Shown here piece after piece: positions 43,696 to 54,968 of a stretch of 64,000 nucleotides of DNA. Position 1 is the stretch's first letter. The number at the start of each line of letters is the position of its first letter. Origin of the DNA: an uncultured Chloroflexia bacterium (lineage in GTDB: Bacteria > Chloroflexota > Dehalococcoidia > UBA2979); the NCBI GenBank assembly GCA_963728205.1, contig CAVSIV010000006.1, positions 1,216,001 through 1,280,000 of the forward strand, given 5' to 3'. Made by a program: the position numbers and the translations under genes. The notes under the pieces are model-generated. The model saw only the letters and a program-made list of their open reading frames with translations, was not told where the DNA came from and did no database searches.

Positions 43696-43980
43696 ATGTC
43701 GCGATCGACGAAGAAGGGTCCGTACGTCCACCCGTCCCTCATGAAGAAGGTGACGGTGGCGCAGGCCGCGAGCCGCAAGGAGGTGATCAAGACCTGGTCA
43801 CGCTCCTCCACGATCATGCCGGAGATGGTCGGACTGACCATCGCCGTGCACGACGGGCGACGGCACGTGCCGGTCTTCTGCACGGAGAACATGGTCGGGC
43901 ACAAGCTCGGGGAGTTCTCGTTCACGCGGACGTTCCGCGGCCACCGCGGCCGGTCGGAATCGACGTCGAGGTCCGGCTGA
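43696..43980 (+). CDS. rpsS: 30S ribosomal protein uS19
   Basis: 'KTWSRSSTI', 'MVGHKLGEF'. Confidence 0.98.
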   Translation: MSRSTKKGPYVHPSLMKKVTVAQAASRKEVIKTWSRSSTIMPEMVGLTIAVHDGRRHVPVFCTENMVGHKLGEFSFTRTFRGHRGRSESTSRSG

Positions 43981-44321
43981 TGGAAGTACGTGCCAAGGCC
44001 GCCGACCAGCCCGTGTCGCCCCGCAAGGTGCGGCTCGTGCTCGACCTGATCCGTGGACGCTCCGTGGAGGATGCGCTCAACGTGCTGCGGTTCACGCCGC
44101 AGCCGTCCGCGCGGATCGTCGCGCAGGTGGTGAAGTCCGCCGCGGCGAACGCGGAGAACAACTTTGATCTGAACCCGGACGGGCTCGTCGTGAAGCGGGC
44201 CTTCGCGGGGGACGCGCGGAAGCTGCGCCGATTCAAGGCGCGCTCGCGCGGGCGGGCGGCACCGCGCATCAAGCGCTATTCGCACATCGAGATCGTGGTC
44301 GAGGGAGACGAGGGGTTCTAA
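43980..44321 (+). CDS. rplV: 50S ribosomal protein uL22
   Basis: 'SPRKVRLVLDLIRG', 'SAAANAENN', 'RSRGRA..I.KRYSHI'. Confidence 0.97.
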   Translation: MEVRAKAADQPVSPRKVRLVLDLIRGRSVEDALNVLRFTPQPSARIVAQVVKSAAANAENNFDLNPDGLVVKRAFAGDARKLRRFKARSRGRAAPRIKRYSHIEIVVEGDEGF

Positions 44322-44989
44322 TGGGTCGGAAAGTACACCCCTACGGCTTCCGCGTCGGTGTCACGCGCGACTGGCAGTCCAAGTGGTACGCGGACCGCAA
44401 CTACGCGGCCTTCGTGCACGAGGACCTGCGGCTGCGCAAGCTGATCATGAACACGCTGCCGGACGCGGGCGTGTCGCAGATCCTGATCGATCGCAACGCG
44501 AACCAGATCACGCTCACGGTGAAGACCGCGAAGCCCGGCATCGTGATCGGCCGCGGCGGCCAGAACGCCGAGATGCTGCGCACGATGCTGCAGAACGCGA
44601 CGGACAAGCGCATCCGGCTGAACATCGAAGAGATCCGGGTCCCCGAGCTCGATGCGTTCCTGGTGGCGCGCTCGGTCGCGGACCAGCTCGAGCGCCGCGT
44701 GGCGTTCCGGCGCGCGATGAAGCAGGCCGTGCAGCGCACGATGCAGCGCGGGGCGCTCGGGTGCCGCGTGCGCATCGGCGGCCGGCTGGGCGGCAGCGAG
44801 ATGTCGCGGTCGGAGGCGGAGATGCAGGGCCAGGTGCCGCTGCACACGCTGCGCGCGGACATCGACTTCGGGATCGCCGAGGCGCACACGACGTTCGGCG
44901 TGATTGGTGTGAAGTGCTGGATCTACAAGGGCGAGATCACGCGGGAGAACAACCCGCTGTTCGCGTCCGCCATCGCGGAGACGGAGTAG
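44321..44989 (+). CDS. rpsC: 30S ribosomal protein uS3
   Basis: '[10 protein letters not shown]', '[10 protein letters not shown]', '[10 protein letters not shown]'. Confidence 0.98.
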   Translation: MGRKVHPYGFRVGVTRDWQSKWYADRNYAAFVHEDLRLRKLIMNTLPDAGVSQILIDRNANQITLTVKTAKPGIVIGRGGQNAEMLRTMLQNATDKRIRLNIEEIRVPELDAFLVARSVADQLERRVAFRRAMKQAVQRTMQRGALGCRVRIGGRLGGSEMSRSEAEMQGQVPLHTLRADIDFGIAEAHTTFGVIGVKCWIYKGEITRENNPLFASAIAETE

Positions 44990-44993
44990 CGCC

Positions 44994-45410
44994 ATGCTGA
45001 TGCCGCGGCGCACCAAGTACCGCAAGTCTTTCCGCGGCCGTCGTCGCGGCGCCGCGCACAACGGCTCGACGGTGTCGTTCGGGGAATTCGGGCTGCAGGC
45101 GCAGACGACGGCCTGGATCGACTCGCGGCAGATCGAGTCCGCGCGACGCGCGATCACGGGTTCGCTGAAGCGCGGCGGCAAGGTCTGGATTCGCGTGTTC
45201 CCGGACAAGCCGGTCACGAAGAAGCCGGTCGAGGTCCGCATGGGCAAGGGCAAGGGCGCGACCGACCGCTGGGTCGCGGTGGTGAAGCGCGGGCGGGTGA
45301 TGTTCGAGGTCGCCGGCGTTCCGGAGGACGCGGCGCGCGAGGCGTTCCGCAAGGCGCACCACAAGCTGCCCGTGAAGACGAAGGTAATCACGCGCGAGGA
45401 GGCGCTCTGA
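44994..45410 (+). CDS. rplP: 50S ribosomal protein uL16
   Basis: 'RQIESAR', 'WIRVFPDKP', 'RMGKGKG'. Confidence 0.98.
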   Translation: MLMPRRTKYRKSFRGRRRGAAHNGSTVSFGEFGLQAQTTAWIDSRQIESARRAITGSLKRGGKVWIRVFPDKPVTKKPVEVRMGKGKGATDRWVAVVKRGRVMFEVAGVPEDAAREAFRKAHHKLPVKTKVITREEAL

Positions 45411-45688
45411 TGGCGCGCGACACCGGCGACCTGCGCGCCCTGTCGGACGAGGCGCTGCAGCGCGAGCTCGACGAGACGCATCAGGCGCTGTTCAACCTGC
45501 GCTTCCAGGCCGCGACCGGCCAGCTGTCCGATGTGATGCAGGTGCGCAAGACGCGCCACCGCATCGCGCGCATCAAGACGCTGCAGCGCGAGCGCCACAT
45601 CCTGGCGATCGCCGACGCGGCGGCAGCGGCGTCGGGTGCGGCTTCCGCCGCAGGCGCCGCCGGCGCGGAGAACGAGGGATCCCGATGA
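45410..45688 (+). CDS. rpmC: 50S ribosomal protein uL29
   Basis: 'LFNLRFQAATGQL', 'IARIKT'; Ala-rich tail. Confidence 0.95.
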   Translation: MARDTGDLRALSDEALQRELDETHQALFNLRFQAATGQLSDVMQVRKTRHRIARIKTLQRERHILAIADAAAAASGAASAAGAAGAENEGSR

Positions 45689-46149
45689 CGCAGCCATCCG
45701 TGGGCGCACCGGCCGAGGCGTCGGTCAACCGCAAGCGGCGCGTGGGCACCGTGGTGTCCGACATCAACGACAAGACGATCGTCGTCGAGATCGTGCGCCA
45801 GGCGCCGCACCGCATCTACCACAAGGTGATCCGGCGCACGAAGCGTTACCACGTGCACGACGCGGACAACCGCGCGACGGTCGGCGACCTCGTGCGCATC
45901 GAGGAGTGCCGGCCGATCAGCAAGACGAAGCGCTGGCAGCTCGTCGAGGTGCTGACGGAGCGCCAGGTGGCCGAGGTGGCGCCCGAGAAGCTCGACGCGC
46001 AGATCGTGGACGAGTTCCAGCGCTCGGCCGCGCGTGCGGAGGCCGAGTCGCGCGAGAGCGCCGATGAGGCGCCGGAGGCGGCCGCCGAGGCTGCGCCGGA
46101 GCCCGAGACGGCGCCGGCGGATGCAGGCGACGAGGAGAAGGCGGAGTAG
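45685..46149 (+). CDS. rpsQ: 30S ribosomal protein uS17 with acidic tail
   Basis: 'GTVVSD..DKTIVV', 'YHVHD', 'ECRPISKTKRW'. Confidence 0.97.
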   Translation: MTQPSVGAPAEASVNRKRRVGTVVSDINDKTIVVEIVRQAPHRIYHKVIRRTKRYHVHDADNRATVGDLVRIEECRPISKTKRWQLVEVLTERQVAEVAPEKLDAQIVDEFQRSAARAEAESRESADEAPEAAAEAAPEPETAPADAGDEEKAE

Positions 46150-46521
46150 ATGATCCAGCAGGAGACCCGCCTCAAGGTCGCCGACAACTCCGGCGCCCGC
46201 GAGATCCTCTGCATCCGCGTCCTCGGGGGCTCGCGCCGCCGCTACGCGCGCGTGGGCGATCTGATCGTCGCCTCCGTGAAGGAGGCGCAGCCGAACGGCG
46301 CGATCAAGAAGGGCGACGTGGTGCGCGCGGTGGTCGTGCGCACGGCGCAGCCGGTGCAGCGCATCGACGGATCGGTGATCCGGTTCGACGAGAACGCCGC
46401 CGTGCTGGTCGCCGACAAGGAGGGGAACCCGCGCGGGACGCGCATCTTCGGGCCGGTGGCCCGCGAGCTGCGCGACCGTCGGTACATGCGCATCATCTCG
46501 CTCGCTCCGGAGGTGCTGTAG
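46150..46521 (+). CDS. rplN: 50S ribosomal protein uL14
   Basis: 'VADNSGA', '[12 protein letters not shown]', 'SLAPEVL'. Confidence 0.98.
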   Translation: MIQQETRLKVADNSGAREILCIRVLGGSRRRYARVGDLIVASVKEAQPNGAIKKGDVVRAVVVRTAQPVQRIDGSVIRFDENAAVLVADKEGNPRGTRIFGPVARELRDRRYMRIISLAPEVL

Positions 46522-46838
46522 TGGCCGCGAAGATTCGCCGCAACGACACCGTCCAGGTGGCCGCCGGCAAGGATCGCGGCCGCCGCGGCGACGTGCGCCA
46601 GGTGCTGCCCGACGACGGGCGCGCGGTCGTGACCGGCGTGAACATGGTGAAGAAGCACCAGCGCGCGCGCTCGCCGCAGGAGCCGGGCGGGATCATCACC
46701 GCCGAGGCGCCGATCCGGCTCGACAACCTGCGCCTGGTGTGCGCGGCCTGCGACAGGCCCACGCGCGTCGGTTTCCGGCGGCTCGAGGACGGGCGCAAGG
46801 TGCGCTACTGCAAGCGCTGCAACGAGACGATCGACTGA
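46521..46838 (+). CDS. rplX: 50S ribosomal protein uL24
   Basis: 'DTVQVAAGKDRG', 'GVNMVKKH', 'EAPI'. Confidence 0.97.
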   Translation: MAAKIRRNDTVQVAAGKDRGRRGDVRQVLPDDGRAVVTGVNMVKKHQRARSPQEPGGIITAEAPIRLDNLRLVCAACDRPTRVGFRRLEDGRKVRYCKRCNETID

Positions 46839-46878
46839 TGCGACGAGAGACGACGATGCGACGGACGGTGGTGGCGCG

Positions 46879-47439
46879 ATGGTGACCGAGACCTACGTGC
46901 CGCGCATGCTCGCGCGCTACCGGGACGAGGTGGCGCCCGCGCTGCAGCGCGAGTTCGGCTACGCAAACGTGATGCAGACCCCGGCGCTGCAGAAGATTGC
47001 CGTGAACATCGGGCTCGGGGAGGCGATCGAGAACGCGAACGCGATCGACGGCGCCACGAAGGACCTGATGACGATCACCGGGCAGCGGCCGTACGTGCGG
47101 CGGGCCCGGCAGGCGATCTCGAACTTCAAACTGCGCATCGGGATGCCGATCGGCGTGTCGCTCACGCTGCGCGGCGCCCGCATGTGGGAGTTCTACGACC
47201 GGCTGGTGAACGCGTCGCTCCCGCGCGTCCGCGACTTCCGCGGCGTGCCCGACGACTCGTTCGACGGGCGCGGGAACTACTCGCTGGGGCTCACCGAGCA
47301 GGTGATCTTCCCGGAGGTCAGCTTCGACACGATCGACCGCGTGCGCGGGCTGCAGGTCAACATCGTGACCTCGGCGCGCACCGACGAAGAAGGCAAGCGG
47401 CTGCTCGAGTTGCTCGGCATGCCGTTCGTCCGGAGGTAG
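46879..47439 (+). CDS. rplE: 50S ribosomal protein uL5
   Basis: 'ITGQRP', 'PRVRDFRG', '[10 protein letters not shown]'. Confidence 0.98.
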   Translation: MVTETYVPRMLARYRDEVAPALQREFGYANVMQTPALQKIAVNIGLGEAIENANAIDGATKDLMTITGQRPYVRRARQAISNFKLRIGMPIGVSLTLRGARMWEFYDRLVNASLPRVRDFRGVPDDSFDGRGNYSLGLTEQVIFPEVSFDTIDRVRGLQVNIVTSARTDEEGKRLLELLGMPFVRR

Positions 47440-47447
47440 GGCACGCG

Positions 47448-47651
47448 ATGGCGAAGAAGAGTCAGATCGCGAAGGCGAACCGGAAGCCCAAGTTCTCGAG
47501 CCGGGTGAAGAACCGCTGCCCGGTGGTGTGGGCGGACCGGCCGTGCGGGCGTGCTCGCGGGTTCATGCGGCGGTTCGGCATGTGCCGCATCTGCTTCCGC
47601 AAGCTGGCGAACGAGGGGAAGCTCCCCGGGGTGAAGAAGTCTTCGTGGTAG
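47448..47651 (+). CDS. rpsN: 30S ribosomal protein uS14 (Zn-binding type, 67 aa)
   Basis: 'MAKKS', 'CGR', 'CRICFR', 'PGVKKSSW'; insertion between the first two Cys. Confidence 0.95.
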   Translation: MAKKSQIAKANRKPKFSSRVKNRCPVVWADRPCGRARGFMRRFGMCRICFRKLANEGKLPGVKKSSW

Positions 47652-47703
47652 CCGCGCAGCGACGGCGCTCGATGGAACCCACGAAGGAAGGCAGGCGTTC
47701 CGG

Positions 47704-48102
47704 ATGACGATGTCCGACCCCCTGGCTGACATGTTCACGCGCGTGCGCAACGCGGCGCTGGCGCGGCACGAGTCCGTGCGCGTGCCGAAGTCGAAGGTCA
47801 AGCGCGCGATCGCGGAGGTGCTCAGGCAAGAGGGGTTCATTCGCGATATCGGCGAGATCGAGGACGGGCCGCGGGCCTACCTCGAGTTGAAGCTCAGCTA
47901 CGGCGACGACCGGCGGGCGGTGCTCTCGGGCATCCGCCGCGTGTCGCGGCCCGGGCTGCGCGTGTACGTGAACAACCGCGAGATCCCGCGGGTCTTCGGA
48001 GGCCTGGGGGTCGCGATCATGAGCACGTCGAACGGCGTGATGTCGGGCCGCGAGGCCTGGCGCCGCCGCATCGGCGGCGAAGTGCTCTGCTACGTCTGGT
48101 AG
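47704..48102 (+). CDS. rpsH: 30S ribosomal protein uS8
   Basis: '[12 protein letters not shown]', 'SRPGLRVY', 'GGEVLCYVW'. Confidence 0.98.
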   Translation: MTMSDPLADMFTRVRNAALARHESVRVPKSKVKRAIAEVLRQEGFIRDIGEIEDGPRAYLELKLSYGDDRRAVLSGIRRVSRPGLRVYVNNREIPRVFGGLGVAIMSTSNGVMSGREAWRRRIGGEVLCYVW

Positions 48103-48111
48103 GACCGAACG

Positions 48112-48648
48112 ATGTCGCGAGTAGGGAAGAAGCCGATCCCCGTGCCCGCCGGCGTCGAGGTGGCCGTCGACGGTCACCAGTGCCGGGTGAAGGGCCCGAA
48201 GGGACAGCTCGAGCAGGAGTTGCACCCGGCGGTGCGTGTCAGCGTGGACGACGGCCACGTCGTGGTCACGCGCAGCACGAACCAGCCGGAGGACCGCGCG
48301 CTGCACGGGCTGACGCGCGCGCTGATCCAGAACATGGTGACCGGCGTGACGGACGGGTTCCGCAAGTCGCTGGAGCTGCAGGGCACGGGCTACCGCGCGC
48401 AGCTCCAGGGCTCGAACCTCGTGCTGAGCGTCGGCTACTCGCACCCGGTGGAGATGCAGCCGCTGGACGGCGCCGCCTTCGAGGTGGAGTCGCCGACGCT
48501 GCTGCACGTGTCGGGCATCGACAAGCAAGTCGTGGGCCAGCAGGCCGCGCTGGTCCGCCGCGTGCGGCCGCCCGAGCCCTACCACGGCAAGGGCATCCGC
48601 TACCGCGGCGAGGTCGTGAAGCTCAAGGCCGGGAAGTCGAAGGCGTAA
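48112..48648 (+). CDS. rplF: 50S ribosomal protein uL6
   Basis: 'SRVGKKPI', 'KGPKG', '[12 protein letters not shown]'. Confidence 0.98.
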   Translation: MSRVGKKPIPVPAGVEVAVDGHQCRVKGPKGQLEQELHPAVRVSVDDGHVVVTRSTNQPEDRALHGLTRALIQNMVTGVTDGFRKSLELQGTGYRAQLQGSNLVLSVGYSHPVEMQPLDGAAFEVESPTLLHVSGIDKQVVGQQAALVRRVRPPEPYHGKGIRYRGEVVKLKAGKSKA

Positions 48649-48650
48649 GG

Positions 48651-49010
48651 ATGTCGACGAAGCAGACCCCATACGCCAGCCGGCTGCGCCGGCACACGCG
48701 CGTCCGCCGCAAGGTGGCCGGCACGCCGGAGCGCCCGCGGCTGGCGGTGTTCCGCTCGAACCAGCACATCTACGCGCAGGTCATCGACGACCGCGCGGGC
48801 CGCACGCTGGCGCACGCGTCGGACGCGGAAGCGGACCTGCGCGCGGGCGGCAGCAAGACCGAGCGGGCGCAGGCCGTGGGCAAGCGCCTCGCCGACCGCG
48901 CGAAGCAAGCCGGGATCGAGACGGTGGTCTTCGACCGCGGCGGCTTCCGCTACGCGGGCCGCGTGCGCGCGCTCGCCGATGCGGCGCGCGAGGAAGGGCT
49001 GGTGTTCTGA
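48651..49010 (+). CDS. rplR: 50S ribosomal protein uL18
   Basis: '[20 protein letters not shown]', '[13 protein letters not shown]'. Confidence 0.98.
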   Translation: MSTKQTPYASRLRRHTRVRRKVAGTPERPRLAVFRSNQHIYAQVIDDRAGRTLAHASDAEADLRAGGSKTERAQAVGKRLADRAKQAGIETVVFDRGGFRYAGRVRALADAAREEGLVF

Positions 49011-49549
49011 TGGTCCAGGACCGCCGCGGCGGCCGGGAGTCGCGTCGTGATCGCCGTCGGGGCGACGACGACGGCGCCCCGGAGCTCATCGAGAAGGTCG
49101 TCTACATCAACCGTGTCGCGAAGGTCGTCAAGGGTGGCCGGCGCTTCTCGTTCACCGCGATCGTGGTGGTCGGCGACGGGCAGGGTCGCGTCGGCTTCGG
49201 CATGGGCCGCGCGAACGAGGTGCCGGAGGCCATCCGCAAGGGCGGCGTGATCGCGCGACGCTCGATGTTCAAGGTGCCGATGCGCAACGGCACGATCGTG
49301 CACGACCTCAGCGCGACCTTCAAGGCGTCGCGCGTGATCCTGCGCCCGGCGTCGCCGGGCACGGGGATGATCGCCGGCGGCGCGGTGCGCGCGGTGATGG
49401 AGGCCGCGGGCATCTCCGACGTGCTGACGAAGTCGCTGGGCTCGAACAACCCGGTGAATGTCGTGCGCGCGACGATCGACGGCCTGCGCTCGCTGCGCAT
49501 CCCCGAGGACGTGCGGCGCCGGCGCCTGGCCCTGGTGGAAGGCGCGTGA
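49010..49549 (+). CDS. rpsE: 30S ribosomal protein uS5
   Basis: '[15 protein letters not shown]', 'KSLGSNN'. Confidence 0.98.
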   Translation: MVQDRRGGRESRRDRRRGDDDGAPELIEKVVYINRVAKVVKGGRRFSFTAIVVVGDGQGRVGFGMGRANEVPEAIRKGGVIARRSMFKVPMRNGTIVHDLSATFKASRVILRPASPGTGMIAGGAVRAVMEAAGISDVLTKSLGSNNPVNVVRATIDGLRSLRIPEDVRRRRLALVEGA

Positions 49550-49551
49550 CG

Positions 49552-49737
49552 ATGGCTGCGAAGCTGCGCATCACCTGGGTGAAGTCTGGCATCGGATACG
49601 CGAAGGATCAGAAGGCGACGCTGCGCGCGCTGGGGCTGCGCCGGCTGCACCACACCGTGGAGCACGAGGACACGCGGTCGATCCGCGGGATGGCGCACAA
49701 GGTCGCGCACCTCGTCTCCGTCGAGGAGGTTTCGTAG
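49552..49737 (+). CDS. rpmD: 50S ribosomal protein uL30
   Basis: 'KSGIG', 'TLRALGLRR', 'IRGM'. Confidence 0.95.
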   Translation: MAAKLRITWVKSGIGYAKDQKATLRALGLRRLHHTVEHEDTRSIRGMAHKVAHLVSVEEVS

Positions 49738-49738
49738 C

Positions 49739-50269
49739 GTGGACCAGCACTCCCTCCGTCCGCCCAAGGGCGCGAAGCGCGCGCCGAAGCGTCTCGGCCG
49801 CGGCAACGCGTCCGGCACGGGCACGTACGCGGGCCGAGGCCGCAAGGGCCAGAACGCGCGCGGCGGCGTCCGGCCGGGGTTCGAGAGCGGACACCTCTCG
49901 ATGATGCGCCGGCTGCCCCACCTGCGCGGGTTCAAGAACCCGACGCGCGTGGAGTTCCAGGCGGTCAACCTCTCCGATCTCGAGCGCGTGTTCGAGGCCG
50001 GCGCCACCGTCGACGCCGACAGCCTGGCCGCCGCGCGGCTGATCGACGGCGCCAGAGAGCCGTACAAGGTGCTGGGACGCGGTGAGCTGTCGAAGGCGCT
50101 GACCGTGCGCGCGCCGCGGCTCTCCGAGACGGCGAAGCAGGCGATCACCGCGGCGGGCGGCTCGTTCGACGAGCTCGCGCCTGCGGTGCGCCGCCAGCGC
50201 AACCGCGTTCACCTGCGCAACCGGGCCGCCGCGGCGGCGCCGGCGGCGCCGGCAGAGCAGGGCGCGTAG
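49739..50269 (+). CDS. rplO: 50S ribosomal protein uL15
   Basis: 'RLGRG..SG.G..AGRG.KGQ.AR', 'RRLP', 'KVLGRG'. Confidence 0.97.
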   Translation: MDQHSLRPPKGAKRAPKRLGRGNASGTGTYAGRGRKGQNARGGVRPGFESGHLSMMRRLPHLRGFKNPTRVEFQAVNLSDLERVFEAGATVDADSLAAARLIDGAREPYKVLGRGELSKALTVRAPRLSETAKQAITAAGGSFDELAPAVRRQRNRVHLRNRAAAAAPAAPAEQGA

Positions 50270-50292
50270 GCCCGGACGAGGCACAGGCGAAG

Positions 50293-51636
50293 ATGGCGCA
50301 ACGCACCGCCCCGGCGAAGAGCAACCGCCCGCAGCTCCTGCAGGCGGGTATCGACGCGTTCAAGCAGCCCGACGTTCGCGGCAAGCTGCTGTTCACGATC
50401 GCGATGCTGCTCATCTTCCGGTTCGTCGCGCACGTGCCGGTGCCCGGTGTCGACCGTGCAGCACTGGCGCGCACGTTCGACAACAACGCGATCCTCGGGT
50501 TCCTGAACATCTTCTCGGGCGGCGCGCTGCAGAACCTCTCGGTCGCGGCGCTCGGCGTGTACCCGTACATCACGGCGCAGATCGTGATGCAGCTGGCGAC
50601 GCCGCTGATCCCGCGCCTGCAGTCGCTGTCGGAAGAGGGCGAGTCGGGCCAGAACCGCATCAACCTCTACACCACGTGGATGACCGTGCCCCTGGCTGCG
50701 TTCCAGGGCTACGCGCAGCTGCTGCTGATCCAGCAGCTCGGCGGCATCACGAACATCGGCTTCACGGGGACGAACGCGCTCCCGACCATCGCGACGATCT
50801 TCTCGCTCATCGCCGGGACGATGTTCCTCGTCTGGCTCGGCGAGCTGATCTCGGAGCGCGGCATCGGGAACGGCGTGTCGCTGATCATTCTCGGCGGCAT
50901 CGTGGCGCGACTGCCGTCGATGATCGGCAGCGGGGTGATGACCGGCACGGGTGCGGCCATCCAGGGGCTGCTGCTGCTGAGCGGCATCACCATCGCCGTG
51001 ATCGCGTTCATCGTGATCTTCCAGGAGGCGACGCGGCGCATCCCGGTGCAGTACGCGCGATCGACGTTCCGCGGCGGGCGCATGTACCGGCAGCAGGGGC
51101 AGTCCTACCTGCCGCTGCGTGTGAACAGCGCCGGCATGATCCCGCTGATCTTCGCGATCTCGATCATGATCTTCCCGCCCGTCGTGGCGCAGTTCGTGGC
51201 GACGACGGTGGACGTCGGCTGGCTGGCGAGCATGGCGCGGTTCTTCCAGACCGCGTTCTCGCCGACGGGCCTGCTCTACTGGGCCGGCACGTTCGTGCTG
51301 GTCATGGTGTTCACGTTCTTCTACACGATGGTCGTGTTCTCGCAGCAGAACCTGGCCGAGAACCTGCAACGGCAGGGCGGCTTCATCCCCGGCATCCGGC
51401 CGGGGCGGCCGACGCAGGAGTACATCACGCGCGTCCTCGTGCGCATCACCTGGGGCGGCGCGATCTTCCTCGGTATCGTGTCGGTGATTCCGTACTTCGC
51501 CACCGCGCTGACGAGCGTGCAGGCGCTGCGCATCAGCGCCGCCGGCCTGCTGATCGTGGTCGGCGTGGTGATCGACACGATGCGGCAAGTCGAGGCGCAG
51601 ATGAACATGCGCAACTACGAGGGGTTCATCACCTGA
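50293..51636 (+). CDS. secY: Preprotein translocase subunit SecY
   Basis: 'ALGVYPYITAQI', 'GIGNGVSLII', 'FIPGIRPG'. Confidence 0.98.
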   Translation: MAQRTAPAKSNRPQLLQAGIDAFKQPDVRGKLLFTIAMLLIFRFVAHVPVPGVDRAALARTFDNNAILGFLNIFSGGALQNLSVAALGVYPYITAQIVMQLATPLIPRLQSLSEEGESGQNRINLYTTWMTVPLAAFQGYAQLLLIQQLGGITNIGFTGTNALPTIATIFSLIAGTMFLVWLGELISERGIGNGVSLIILGGIVARLPSMIGSGVMTGTGAAIQGLLLLSGITIAVIAFIVIFQEATRRIPVQYARSTFRGGRMYRQQGQSYLPLRVNSAGMIPLIFAISIMIFPPVVAQFVATTVDVGWLASMARFFQTAFSPTGLLYWAGTFVLVMVFTFFYTMVVFSQQNLAENLQRQGGFIPGIRPGRPTQEYITRVLVRITWGGAIFLGIVSVIPYFATALTSVQALRISAAGLLIVVGVVIDTMRQVEAQMNMRNYEGFIT

Positions 51637-52307
51637 TGCGGCTCATTCTGCTCGGGCTGCCGGGTGCCGGGAAGGGCACGCAGGCCAGGGTGCTCGCCGA
51701 GCGCCACGGGCTGCTGCACATCTCGACCGGCGACATGTTCCGCCAGGCAGCGGCCGAGGGCACCGACCTCGGCAAGCGCGCCCAGGAGTACATGTCGCAC
51801 GGCGAGCTCGTGCCCGACGAGGTGACGATCGGGATGCTGCTGGAGCGCATCGCGAAACCGGACGCCGAGTCCGGCTTCATGCTCGACGGCTTCCCGCGCA
51901 CGATCCCGCAGGCGGAGGCGCTCGACCGCGCGCTCGACGAGCGCAGCGGCGGCATCGACGCGGTGCTCTACATCCGGGTGCCCGAGGACCTGCTGATGGC
52001 ACGTCTGACCGGCCGCTGGAGCTGCCCGCAGTGCGGCGCGATCTACCACGAGCTGACGAACCCGCCGAAGCAGCCTCGGGTCTGCGACCGTTGCGGCTCG
52101 ACGCTGACGCAGCGCGACGACGACCGTCCAGAGACCGTGCAGGCACGGCTCGATACCAACCGCGAGTGGACCGAGGCGCTCGCGCGCTACTACGACGCGC
52201 AGGGCAAGCTGCGCGAGGTGGACGGCACGGGAGAGCCCGACGAGGTCACCGCGCGCCTGGAGGGCGCGCTCGGCAGTGCAGACAGCGGTGCGATGGGCGT
52301 AACATAG
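51636..52307 (+). CDS. adk: Adenylate kinase (Zn-lid type)
   Basis: 'GLPGAGKGTQA', 'HISTGDMFR', 'LDGFPRT', CxxC...CxxC lid. Confidence 0.97.
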   Translation: MRLILLGLPGAGKGTQARVLAERHGLLHISTGDMFRQAAAEGTDLGKRAQEYMSHGELVPDEVTIGMLLERIAKPDAESGFMLDGFPRTIPQAEALDRALDERSGGIDAVLYIRVPEDLLMARLTGRWSCPQCGAIYHELTNPPKQPRVCDRCGSTLTQRDDDRPETVQARLDTNREWTEALARYYDAQGKLREVDGTGEPDEVTARLEGALGSADSGAMGVT

Positions 52308-52308
52308 A

Positions 52309-53070
52309 ATGTCCGTCGTCATTAAATCCGAGTCTGAGCTCGAGGTGATGCGGCAGGCGGGCCGGATCAACGCCGAGGTGCGCGCGCTGCTGCGCGATGC
52401 CGTGGCGCCCGGCGTGACCGGCACCGAGCTCGACCAGCTCGCCCGACGGGCGATCGCGGAGCGCGACGCGGAGCCGACGTTCATCGGCTATGCGCCGCAC
52501 GGGAAGCCCCCATATCCCGGGGCGATCTGCTTCTCGGTGAACGAGCAGCTGGTGCACGGGATTCCGACGGGCCGGGTACTGAAAGAGGGAGACATCGTCA
52601 GCATCGACCTCGGCGTGACCTACGGGGGATACGTCTCGGACGCCGCGTTCACCGCTCCCGTCGGGAGGGTGAGCGAGGAGGCGCTCGAGTTGATGCGCGT
52701 TACCGAGGAGTCGCTCTGGAAGGGCATCGAAGTCGTCCGCGCGGGCAACCACGTCGGCGACATCGCGTATGCCATCGGGAGCCACGCCGGTCGCTACGGT
52801 GTCATCGCCGACTACGGCGGACACGGGGTCGGGCGACAGATGCACGAGGAGCCCCACATTCCAAACAAGGGGCGCCCGGGCACCGGCCACAAACTGAAGG
52901 CAGGGATGGTCCTCGCGCTGGAGCCGATGTTCAGCATCGGCCACCCGGCGACGGTGGAGGAGGCGGATCGCTGGACGGTTCGCATGCGTGACGGGAGCCT
53001 GTCGGCTCACTTCGAGGAGACCGTTGCGATCACCGAGGCCGGCCCGGAAGTCCTCACCCGCATCGCATAG
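52309..53070 (+). CDS. map: Methionine aminopeptidase type I
   Basis: '[11 protein letters not shown]', 'GHGVG', 'HEEP', 'LEPM', 'SAHFE'. Confidence 0.97.
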   Translation: MSVVIKSESELEVMRQAGRINAEVRALLRDAVAPGVTGTELDQLARRAIAERDAEPTFIGYAPHGKPPYPGAICFSVNEQLVHGIPTGRVLKEGDIVSIDLGVTYGGYVSDAAFTAPVGRVSEEALELMRVTEESLWKGIEVVRAGNHVGDIAYAIGSHAGRYGVIADYGGHGVGRQMHEEPHIPNKGRPGTGHKLKAGMVLALEPMFSIGHPATVEEADRWTVRMRDGSLSAHFEETVAITEAGPEVLTRIA

Positions 53071-53087
53071 GGCGGGAGGAGCGCACC

Positions 53088-53339
53088 ATGGGACGAAGTC
53101 GCGGACCGCGCGAGAAGCGCGAAAAGAAGAAAGAGGTCATCGAGGTCGAGGGGATCGTGCGCGAAGCGCGACCGAACGCCATGTTCGACGTCGAGCTCGC
53201 GAACGGGCACCACGTGCTGGCGGGGATCTCGGGACGGATGCGGCTGCACTACATCCGCATCCTGCTCGGAGACCGGGTGCTGGTGGAACTCAGCCCGTAC
53301 GACCTCAGTCGTGGACGGATCACGTATCGCTTCCGATAG
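53088..53339 (+). CDS. infA: Translation initiation factor IF-1
   Basis: 'IEVEG', 'ISGRMR', '[13 protein letters not shown]'. Confidence 0.97.
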   Translation: MGRSRGPREKREKKKEVIEVEGIVREARPNAMFDVELANGHHVLAGISGRMRLHYIRILLGDRVLVELSPYDLSRGRITYRFR

Positions 53340-53363
53340 GGAGTGTGGCGGGAAGCACGAGCG

Positions 53364-53477
53364 ATGAAGGTATCGGCATCCATCAAGAAGCGGTGCGACA
53401 AGTGCCAGATCATCCGGCGTCATGGGACGTTGCGGGTGATCTGCTCGAACAAGCGCCACAAGCAGCGCCAGGGCTAA
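53364..53477 (+). CDS. rpmJ: 50S ribosomal protein bL36
   Basis: Hand translation gives [37 protein letters not shown] (below the ORF-track cutoff). Confidence 0.96.
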   Translation: MKVSASIKKRCDKCQIIRRHGTLRVICSNKRHKQRQG

Positions 53478-53497
53478 GGCAAGGCTAGGAGGCCGCG

Positions 53498-53878
53498 ATG
53501 GCACGTATCGCGGGTGTGGACATTCCGCGCGACAAGCAGGTGCTCTTCTCGTTGCCGTATATCTACGGCGTCGGGCGGCCCACCGCGCTGAAGGTGCTGG
53601 CGCAGACGAACATCGCGCCGGAGACGATGACGCGCGACCTGACGGACGACGAGGTCCTGCGGCTGCGCGCGGTGATCGAGGGCGAGCACGTGGTCGAGGG
53701 CGACCTGCGCCGCGAGATCCGCCAGAACATCCAGCGGCTGATCGAGATCAACTGCTACCGCGGGCAGCGGCACCGCCGCGGTCTGCCGGTGCGCGGCCAG
53801 CGCACGAAGACGAACGCACGCACGCGCCGCGGGGCGCGCCGCACGGTGGCCGGCAAGCGCCGGGCCGCGCGCAAGTAG
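53498..53878 (+). CDS. rpsM: 30S ribosomal protein uS13
   Basis: 'ARIAGVD', '[19 protein letters not shown]'. Confidence 0.98.
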   Translation: MARIAGVDIPRDKQVLFSLPYIYGVGRPTALKVLAQTNIAPETMTRDLTDDEVLRLRAVIEGEHVVEGDLRREIRQNIQRLIEINCYRGQRHRRGLPVRGQRTKTNARTRRGARRTVAGKRRAARK

Positions 53879-53899
53879 CGGGTACGGGGAGCGACGCAG

Positions 53900-54298
53900 A
53901 TGGGTCGATCACGACAGTCCTCGACACGAGCGCGACGGCGCGAGCGGAAGAACGTGCCGCGCGGGCGCGCGTACGTGCGGTCGACGTTCAACAACACGAT
54001 CGTCACGATCACCGATCCGAACGGCAACGTGCTGTCGTGGGGCAGCGGTGGTGCCGCCGGGTTCACCGGCTCGCGCAAGAGCACGCCCTACGCCGCGCAG
54101 ATCGCGGCGGAGGGTGCGGCGCAGCGCGCGATGGAGCACGGCCTGCGCGAGGTCGAGGTCTTCGTGAAGGGTCCCGGCCCGGGCCGCGAGGCGGCGATTC
54201 GTGCGCTCTCGTCCGTGGGCGTGCGCGTCACCGCGATCCGCGACGTCACCCCGATCCCGCATAACGGCTGCCGCCCGCGCCGCCGGCCCCGGACGTAG
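53900..54298 (+). CDS. rpsK: 30S ribosomal protein uS11
   Basis: 'STFNNTIV', 'RKSTPYAAQ', '[12 protein letters not shown]'. Confidence 0.98.
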   Translation: MGRSRQSSTRARRRERKNVPRGRAYVRSTFNNTIVTITDPNGNVLSWGSGGAAGFTGSRKSTPYAAQIAAEGAAQRAMEHGLREVEVFVKGPGPGREAAIRALSSVGVRVTAIRDVTPIPHNGCRPRRRPRT

Positions 54299-54314
54299 GA
54301 GGAAGCGAGAACCG

Positions 54315-54923
54315 ATGGCCCGATACACCGGACCCAAGTGCCGGAAGTGCCGCCGCTATGGCGTCTCGCTGTGCGGGAAGGCTCGCTGCGCGCTCACGCG
54401 CCGGCAGAACCCGCCCGGCCCGCGCCCGCTCCGGCGGCGGAAGATTTCCGACCGCGGCATGCAGCTGATCGAGAAGCAGAAGGTGCGCTTCGCGTACGGC
54501 CTGATGGAGGCGCAGTTCAAGCGCTACTACGAGGAAGCCTCGCAGAAGCAGGGCGTCACCACGGATCTGCTGATGCAGTCCCTGGAGACGCGCCTCGACA
54601 ACGTCGTCTACCGCCTGGGCTTCGCGTCGACGCGGGCACAGGCGCGGCAGCTCGTGACTCACGGGCACGTCGCGGTGGACGGGCGCAAGCTCGACGTCGC
54701 GAGCGTGCGTGTGAAGCAGGGCCAGGAGATCGCGCTGACCCCGCGCGGGCGCCGTTCGGAGTACGCCAAGATCCTCGTCGAGGAGATCAAGAGCCGGGAC
54801 GTCCCGGGATGGCTCGAGATCGACCGTCCGGGGCTCAAGGGGCGCGTTGCCGCGCTGCCGGGCCACGGCGACTGGGAGGCGTACTTCAACCCCAACGCGA
54901 TCGTTGAGTACTACTCGCGATAA
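54315..54923 (+). CDS. rpsD: 30S ribosomal protein uS4
   Basis: 'MARYTGP', 'EKQK', '[10 protein letters not shown]', 'IVEYYSR'. Confidence 0.98.
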   Translation: MARYTGPKCRKCRRYGVSLCGKARCALTRRQNPPGPRPLRRRKISDRGMQLIEKQKVRFAYGLMEAQFKRYYEEASQKQGVTTDLLMQSLETRLDNVVYRLGFASTRAQARQLVTHGHVAVDGRKLDVASVRVKQGQEIALTPRGRRSEYAKILVEEIKSRDVPGWLEIDRPGLKGRVAALPGHGDWEAYFNPNAIVEYYSR

Positions 54924-54968
54924 GCGAGAATCGCCGTCCTTCGCAGCGAAGGGCGTGAGAGGTGTCTC

